Below are positions 34,941-40,346 of a stretch of 40,346 nt of DNA, one piece after another. Within the stretch, counting starts at the first letter, position 1. Every line of letters starts with the position of its first letter. The position numbers were made by a program, and so were the translations under genes. The notes below the pieces were generated by a model. The model was not told the DNA's origin, made no database searches, and was given only the letters and a program-made list of their open reading frames with translations. Source of the stretch: Planctomycetota bacterium (GTDB lineage Bacteria; Planctomycetota; Phycisphaerae; Phycisphaerales; Phycisphaeraceae); the NCBI GenBank assembly GCA_021784455.1, contig JAJXSS010000001.1, forward strand, positions 3,236 through 43,581, written 5' to 3'.

Positions 34941-35954
34941 ATGCCAGCCCGGATCAGGCGAACCACGGTCCTGGGAGTCATTCTTTTGGAACTGGCGGCT
35001 GCGTGCGCACGGGGCGACCGCTTCGGCGGCGCTGCCAGCGCCGGGGTTTCTCAGGGGCGGAGTTGGCCCGATGCCCGGGCGGTGCAGGATCCCGATGGGT
35101 TCTTCTTCTTCGTCCGCACCCTGGGCGCCAGCCACAAGGTGGTGGAGGTGCTGATCTCCGACACGGCTCCGGATTCGGCCCAGGCCACCCCGGTCGCCGT
35201 GCGACTGATCTTCCGCTGCCGCAGTGGCGGGACCGTCCGCAGCGAGGCTAACCGCGGGCTGGTGCTGCTGCGTCAGACGCCCGAAGGCGAATTTCGTCAG
35301 GGCACGGGCCGGCTGCCGCTGCTGGCGCAGGATCCCATCGACGACTACCTCAAGGCCCGCCAGGCAAACGCCGCCCTGACGGTACGTGATTTCCTGCGCC
35401 AGTCCAGTACCTGGTCGCCCCTCTACGTGTTCTTCACCGCCCCCCTGGTTCCCCTGCCACCCTCGGAATCAGGCCGACATCAGGCGCCGGGTTCGCAAGG
35501 GCCGGCCGCGACCCAACCCGGGGCCACCAGCCGCCCGGCCAGCGGGGCCCAGGCTGAAACCTCAGTGGCCGGCAGAGAGTCGTCCCTGCATGCCGCCATT
35601 CGGATGCGCCGCCCCACCCGCCTGAAGGAACTGCTCATGCAGGGAGGCGATCCCAATGAACGCGATGCGCTGGGGGAAACGCTTCTGCACTATGCGGTCC
35701 GCTGCAACTGTCCGGCGATGCTGCACATCCTGGCCCATACCGCGGGGGTGAACCTCAACGTCTTGGACAACATCAATGAAACGCCGTTGCACAAGGCCGT
35801 GCGTCTCAATCGGCAGCAGTGTGCCCGCGAACTGATTGCGGCCGGAGCCTGCCTGGATATCAAAGACGCCAAGGCTGAGACGCCGCGGCAGATGGCGCAG
35901 CGCCTGAACCGGCAGGCCATTCTGCGCTTGCTGCAGGCGGCCGGAAAGCCTTGA
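34941..35954 (+). CDS. Lipoprotein with C-terminal ankyrin repeats
   Basis: GGAGGTG lies upstream of ATG 34941, and the lipobox is LAAAC. There are three ANK-like units at the C-terminus: LHAAIRMRRPTRLKELLMQGGDPN, GETLLHYAVRCNCPAMLHIL, and ETPLHKAVRLNRQQCARELIAAGA. Confidence 0.75.
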   Translation: MPARIRRTTVLGVILLELAAACARGDRFGGAASAGVSQGRSWPDARAVQDPDGFFFFVRTLGASHKVVEVLISDTAPDSAQATPVAVRLIFRCRSGGTVRSEANRGLVLLRQTPEGEFRQGTGRLPLLAQDPIDDYLKARQANAALTVRDFLRQSSTWSPLYVFFTAPLVPLPPSESGRHQAPGSQGPAATQPGATSRPASGAQAETSVAGRESSLHAAIRMRRPTRLKELLMQGGDPNERDALGETLLHYAVRCNCPAMLHILAHTAGVNLNVLDNINETPLHKAVRLNRQQCARELIAAGACLDIKDAKAETPRQMAQRLNRQAILRLLQAAGKP

Positions 35955-36007
35955 CCGATCGCTGCGGGCCCCAGGGCCATCCGCCGGCCGCTCCCGGCGG
36001 CCCCGGC

Positions 36008-36532
36008 TCACTCGCCGATACCCAGATCGGTTTTTGTGATGAGGCTGGCGAACCGGAACCCGGCCCCTTCGATGTTCTGCCGGCCGCCTTCCTGGCGGTC
36101 AATGACGGCCACAATCTTGACGACTTCGCCGCCCAGTTCCTGGATGGATCTGGCCGCCTCCAGGGTTTGGCCGCCCGTGGTGACAATGTCTTCCACGATC
36201 AGCACCTTGTCGCCCTTTTCCAGTTTGCCCTCGATCTGCTTGGCCGTGCCGTAATCCTTCTTTTTGTTGCGGATCAGCACGCTGGGCTTGCCCGTGGCCA
36301 GGGCCGTCACGGTGACCAGCGGAATGGCCCCCAGTTCGGCGCCGGCCACCCGCCGCACATCCGGGGTGACGTGGCGGGCGAAACGCTGGCCCAGGGCTTC
36401 CAGGATGTCGGGCTGGGTTTCGAAGAGGTATTTGTCGAGGTAGTACTTGCTGTGGCGGCCGCTGCGCAGCGTGAAATCCCCGTAAAGAAGGGCGGCTTCC
36501 CTGATCCGTTGAATAAGTTCCAGGTCGGTCAT
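36008..36532 (-). CDS. pyrE: Orotate phosphoribosyltransferase
   Basis: GDFTLRSGRHSKYYLDKY, plus the PRPP-binding motif KVLIVEDIVTTGGQ. Start taken at MTDLELIQRI (ATG 36532). Confidence 0.9.
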   Translation of the reverse strand: MTDLELIQRIREAALLYGDFTLRSGRHSKYYLDKYLFETQPDILEALGQRFARHVTPDVRRVAGAELGAIPLVTVTALATGKPSVLIRNKKKDYGTAKQIEGKLEKGDKVLIVEDIVTTGGQTLEAARSIQELGGEVVKIVAVIDRQEGGRQNIEGAGFRFASLITKTDLGIGE

Positions 36533-36731
36533 AGGCCCGCCAGTATAGCTTGTTGACAGGCTGACCGGTGGGGCGGATTCGGCCCGGAGCTTGCCCGTCC
36601 AGGGGTTCGGGGCACTTCGCAAAACACCGGCGGTGCGGCTGCGCGGAAATACCCGATGCCCCATGAGCGTTGAACCTCGGCTAGAATCCAGGGCACGATC
36701 GGCCTGCAACCCTGGTGGGATGATCCTTTTC

Positions 36732-37640
36732 ATGCCTATTTCCCTCACCGACCGCGTGCTGGTGATCACGGGCGCTTCGGCTGGCATCGGCCGGGCCACC
36801 GCCCTTCAAGCTGCCCGTAGCGGCATGAATCTGGTGCTGGCCGCCCGCCGGCACGACAAACTGGTGGATCTGACCCGTCAGATCGAAGGGCTGGGGCGCC
36901 GGGCCCTGGCGGTGGCTTGCGATGTGGACCAGGAATCCTCCATCATCCAGCTCATGGCCACGGCCCTGCGCAGCCTGGGACGCATCGACATTGTCTTTGC
37001 CAATGCGGGGTACGGTCTGTATCGCGCGGCCGCGGAAACCACGGACGCCGAGATGCGGGCCATCTTCGAGACCAACTACTTCGGCACGGTGCGGACCGTG
37101 CAGGCCGCCCTGCCGATTCTACGTCGCCAGACGCCGCGGGCGGATACCCCGTCGCTGCACGGGCAGATCATCATCTGCTCCAGCGCCGCTTCGGAAGTCG
37201 GAGTGCCCATGTACGCGGCCTATGCGGCCACCAAGGCTGCTCAGGATGCCTACGCCTGCGCCCTGCGGGCCGAACTGGCCGAGGAGGGCATCGCCGTGAC
37301 TTCGGTGCACCCCGTGCCGACAACCACCGAATTTTTCGACGTCATGAAAGGGCGGACGGATCACCCCGAGGCCGTGCAGCACAGCCCGACCCCGGTGACC
37401 CAGTCCGCCGAGCACGTCGCCCGGTGCATCGTGCGGGCCATGGCGCATCCGCGCACCCCCGAGGTCTGGCCGCACCTGCCTTCGCGCCTGGGAGCCGGGC
37501 TGGCCACCGCTTTTCCCCGCCTGCCCGCCTGGGCCCTGCGCAAGCACATGCGGCGGCTGCGCCGGCTCGATCCCCACCTGCGTCTGCCGGCCCGGCCCGA
37601 CCCATCCAACGGGGGCCTGGGCCCGGAAACGACGAGTTGA
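36732..37640 (+). CDS. SDR-family oxidoreductase (short-chain dehydrogenase/reductase)
   Basis: VLVITGASAGIGRA (TGxxxGxG), NAGYG, and the catalytic SSAAS...YAATKAA (YxxxK). The start is ATG 36732 or ATG 36720. Confidence 0.88.
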   Translation: MPISLTDRVLVITGASAGIGRATALQAARSGMNLVLAARRHDKLVDLTRQIEGLGRRALAVACDVDQESSIIQLMATALRSLGRIDIVFANAGYGLYRAAAETTDAEMRAIFETNYFGTVRTVQAALPILRRQTPRADTPSLHGQIIICSSAASEVGVPMYAAYAATKAAQDAYACALRAELAEEGIAVTSVHPVPTTTEFFDVMKGRTDHPEAVQHSPTPVTQSAEHVARCIVRAMAHPRTPEVWPHLPSRLGAGLATAFPRLPAWALRKHMRRLRRLDPHLRLPARPDPSNGGLGPETTS

Positions 37641-37692
37641 CAGCCTGTTTCTGGAGTGGAGGGGGGCCGCCCGGCGGCGCCCAGCGCCGGCG

Positions 37693-38400
37693 TCAGCGCT
37701 GAATAGCCATCGACTGCTCGCAGGTGAGCGTGGCCCGGGTGGCCGCGTCGGTCAGAGCCACCTTGACCACGACATGGTGGATCTGGGGCGCCAGATCCGC
37801 TGGCAGGGGCACATCGATGGTGTAGTGGGTGCCGGTGAAGCCCGAGCGATAGGTCGCATTCAACTGGGCCGGCGTGAGGTTTTTCTGGCAGAGGACCTGT
37901 GGGGCCTTACCAGGCTGGAGGTACACCACCTGGATCGCCACATCACCGGCCACCGGGATAAAGTGGCCGAACTGGTCCAGCACAAGCACGTACAGCCGCA
38001 GGGTGTCATCCCGGCCGCGGTGGTGGGTGTCGATGGCGCCGGTGTAGCGCCCAAAGGCCAGGCTGACCGCGCGGGGGAAATCTGCGGGGGAAACGCCCGG
38101 CACGGCGGGGCGGGTGGTGGCCTGTTCCATGGTCTGAAGCTGCTGGATGCGGGCCTCCAGACGCTGGTTCAGCTTGTCCACTTCGCGGTGCAGATTCAGG
38201 TTTTCCTGGCGCAGCTCATCCGCCGTGCGATCCAGCGGGGTGTCGCCCCCGATGCGGGTGATGCACGCCGGGATCAGGGCCAAGAGCACGAGGCCTGCGG
38301 TCACGCCCGCGCCGCGGCACAGGCTCCCCAGGCCCGGACGGCACCGAGGGGGGCGGGGGGCCGGGGCCATGGTCCAGGGCTTAATCATGGGCGGCTTCAT
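37693..38400 (-). CDS. Hypothetical lipoprotein with a coiled-coil segment
   Basis: Lipobox LIPAC, then a heptad-like segment [32 protein letters not shown] and a beta-rich C-terminus. ATG 38400 has AGGA 5 nt upstream. The gene overlaps the clpP 3' end by 20 nt. Confidence 0.6.
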   Translation of the reverse strand: MKPPMIKPWTMAPAPRPPRCRPGLGSLCRGAGVTAGLVLLALIPACITRIGGDTPLDRTADELRQENLNLHREVDKLNQRLEARIQQLQTMEQATTRPAVPGVSPADFPRAVSLAFGRYTGAIDTHHRGRDDTLRLYVLVLDQFGHFIPVAGDVAIQVVYLQPGKAPQVLCQKNLTPAQLNATYRSGFTGTHYTIDVPLPADLAPQIHHVVVKVALTDAATRATLTCEQSMAIQR

Positions 38401-39028
38401 CCGTATCCTGTTCCGGCTTAGGGGCACCGGCCAGCGAATCGGGGATGAAGGTCAGAACCTTGTCGGCGGCGCCGTAGCTGACCGCTTCCTCGGCATCCAG
38501 CCACTTGTCACGCTCGCAGTCCCGGGTGATGGTGGCGGCGGGCTGCCCGGTGTGATCGGCCATGACTTTGTACAGCCGGTCGCGCGTGCGCAGCATTTCC
38601 TTGGCCTGGATGCCCAGGTCGGTGGCCGGCCCCTCCAGAACGCCCCCGATCAGCGGCTGGTGCAGCAGCACCTTGGAGTTGGGCAGCACGTAGCGTTTGC
38701 CTTTGTCCCCGGCCATGAGCAGCACGGCCGCCATCGAGGCCGCCATGCCGATGCAATAGGTGCAGATATCCGGCCGGACGAACTGCATGGTGTCATAGAT
38801 GGCCATGCCCGCCGAGACGCTGCCGCCGGGCGAGTTGATGTACATGTGGATGTCGGCCGTGGGGCTCTCGTTGGACAGGAACAGAAGCTGGGCAATGACC
38901 AGATTGGCCGATTCGTCGGTGATTCCGCCGCCCACGAACACCACGCGGTCCTTCAAGAGGCGCGAAAAGATGTCGTAGGCACGCTCGCCGCGGCCGGATT
39001 TCTCGATCACCATCGGAATCAGCGACAT
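38381..39028 (-). CDS. clpP: ATP-dependent Clp protease proteolytic subunit
   Basis: [18 protein letters not shown], and the catalytic-triad context [13 protein letters not shown] (Ser), LLHQP (His) and [21 protein letters not shown] lies upstream of ATG 39028. There is a short acidic C-terminal extension. Confidence 0.93.
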   Translation of the reverse strand: MSLIPMVIEKSGRGERAYDIFSRLLKDRVVFVGGGITDESANLVIAQLLFLSNESPTADIHMYINSPGGSVSAGMAIYDTMQFVRPDICTYCIGMAASMAAVLLMAGDKGKRYVLPNSKVLLHQPLIGGVLEGPATDLGIQAKEMLRTRDRLYKVMADHTGQPAATITRDCERDKWLDAEEAVSYGAADKVLTFIPDSLAGAPKPEQDTDEAAHD

Positions 39029-39148
39029 AGGTCCACCTTTCAAGAAGCGAAGCCTGCGATTCTCTATCGGCCGGCGGACCGCCGAACGATAGCCCGTCCA
39101 TTCTGCCGGGCGATTCTAGCAGGCGGCATGCGAATGCGACAACAAGCC

Positions 39149-39170
39149 GCAGCCCGTTAAAAAGGGCTGC
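39149..39170 (-). terminator. Stem-loop downstream of mdh (possible intrinsic terminator)
   Basis: GCAGCCC-8 nt-GGGCTGC forms a 7-bp stem. On the minus strand it is followed by GGCUUGUUGU, a weak U-tract. It lies 32 nt after the mdh stop. Confidence 0.4.
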
Positions 39171-39201
39171 ACGCCTTGGCCCCCGGGAGCCATCCGGGCG
39201 C

Positions 39202-40188
39202 CTACGCCGTCAGCATCGGCAGCACCATCGCCCGCTCATCCACCAGTTCCTTGTTGGTGGCCGCCACCTTGCCCTTGGCGAACTCATCCAGGGCGTAGGT
39301 GGTGATGGGCTCGAAGCTGCCGGGCGTGGTGGTCTTGACGGGCATGCCGGCCCAGACGTGGGGGTCAAAGCCGTAGGCGCCCTTGGACTGGACCGCCACC
39401 GAATGCACGGTTCCGGGGGTCCACAGGCTGCGCACGTGGTTGATCAGGGCGTTGGCGGCCGAGGCGGCTGAGGACAGGCCGCGGGCGGCGATGATGGCCG
39501 CCCCGCGCTTGCCCACCGTCTCGCAGAAGGGGCCCTGCAGCCAGGCCTGGTCCTTGATCACTTCCGTGGCCGGCCGGCCGCTGATCTTGGCGTGCGCGAA
39601 GGCCGGGAACATGCTGGGGCTGTGGTTGCCGTAGATGAAGATGTCGCTCACCGCCGTCAGGTCCACGCCGGCCTTCTTGGCCAGTTGGGCCTGGGCCCGG
39701 TTCTGATCCAGCCGCACCATGGCGGTGAAGCGCTCCGTGGGCAGGCGTTTGGCCTGGCTGGCGGCGATCATGCAGTTGGTGTTGGCGGGGTTACCCACCA
39801 CGACCACGCGGCAGTTGTCGGCGGCCACCTGGTCGATCACCCGCCCCTGGCTGATGAAGATCTTGCCGTTGTCCTTGAGCAGGTCGGCGCGTTCCATGCC
39901 CGGGCCGCGCGGCTTGGCCCCCACCAGGCAGCACACATTGGCATCCTTAAAGCCGATGTTGGGATCGGAGGTCATTACCATCCCTTTGAGCAGCGGCAAG
40001 GCACAGTCATCCAACTCCATGGCCACGCCTTCCAGGGCTTTCAGGGCCTTCTCGTTGGGGATTTCGATCATCTGCAGGATGACCGGCTGCTGCGGCCCGA
40101 ACATCTCCCCCGCGGCGATGCGGAAAACAAGGCTGTACCCGATTTGACCGGCGGCTCCGGTGATGGCCACGCGCAGGGGGGCTTGCAT
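39202..40188 (-). CDS. mdh: Malate dehydrogenase (NAD-dependent, Thermus/cytosolic-type clade)
   Basis: [26 protein letters not shown] (GxxGxxG), [30 protein letters not shown], and NHS..MFP. AGGAAAG lies upstream of the ATG. Confidence 0.93.
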   Translation of the reverse strand: MQAPLRVAITGAAGQIGYSLVFRIAAGEMFGPQQPVILQMIEIPNEKALKALEGVAMELDDCALPLLKGMVMTSDPNIGFKDANVCCLVGAKPRGPGMERADLLKDNGKIFISQGRVIDQVAADNCRVVVVGNPANTNCMIAASQAKRLPTERFTAMVRLDQNRAQAQLAKKAGVDLTAVSDIFIYGNHSPSMFPAFAHAKISGRPATEVIKDQAWLQGPFCETVGKRGAAIIAARGLSSAASAANALINHVRSLWTPGTVHSVAVQSKGAYGFDPHVWAGMPVKTTTPGSFEPITTYALDEFAKGKVAATNKELVDERAMVLPMLTA

Positions 40189-40346
40189 GAGTGTCTTTCC
40201 TGAATAAGGGGTTGAAGGATGGACTGAGAGTATACGGTCTTTTGCCCCGATTGGACATCAATCGAATGACCTCGGGTTTTCGGGGTCTGCCAAATCTTCC
40301 GGGCAGCGGCTAATTGTTGGACAGCAGGCGTTTATCCCACCAGCGG

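Noticed and set aside
40189-40346. Possible gene end at the right edge (minus-strand frame ...PLVG-stop at 40332-40346) and small hairpins
   Set aside because: Only four codons are visible. That is not enough to support any call.

Overview
High-GC (roughly two-thirds G+C by eye) bacterial chromosomal segment. Gene content looks planctomycete/PVC-like, which is inference only: many lipoproteins, a large low-complexity secretin, a TMTC-like TPR membrane protein and RNase Y. Most of the window is housekeeping and envelope genes: secretin, kdsB, dapB, a WecA/MraY-family transferase, asnB, acyl-CoA ligase, nuoH, hpf-ptsN-HPr, GT4, pssA, rny, pyrE, SDR, clpP and mdh. Accessory or unusual content: (1) a complete group IIC intron with its RT/maturase ORF, inserted directly behind the rho-independent terminator of the secretin gene; (2) a ~1.4 kb low-GC island carrying one Arch_ATPase/Orc1-Cdc6-like AAA+ gene with a wHTH tail, preceded by a very AT-rich stretch with a perfect 14-bp palindrome; (3) at least four intergenic long imperfect inverted repeats whose arms are AT-enriched short-period low-complexity sequence; (4) in-frame low-complexity insertions in kdsB and a radical SAM gene, similar in texture to those arms; (5) two lipoprotein paralogue modules, DUF2752-lipoprotein-lipoprotein-GT4 and a tandem LpoB-like pair plus an ankyrin lipoprotein; (6) a tiny orphan ribbon-helix-helix ORF after rny and a ~590 bp ORF-free structured region before rny. 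No rRNA, tRNA or CRISPR array was seen. The many long antisense ORFs are GC-driven shadow frames.
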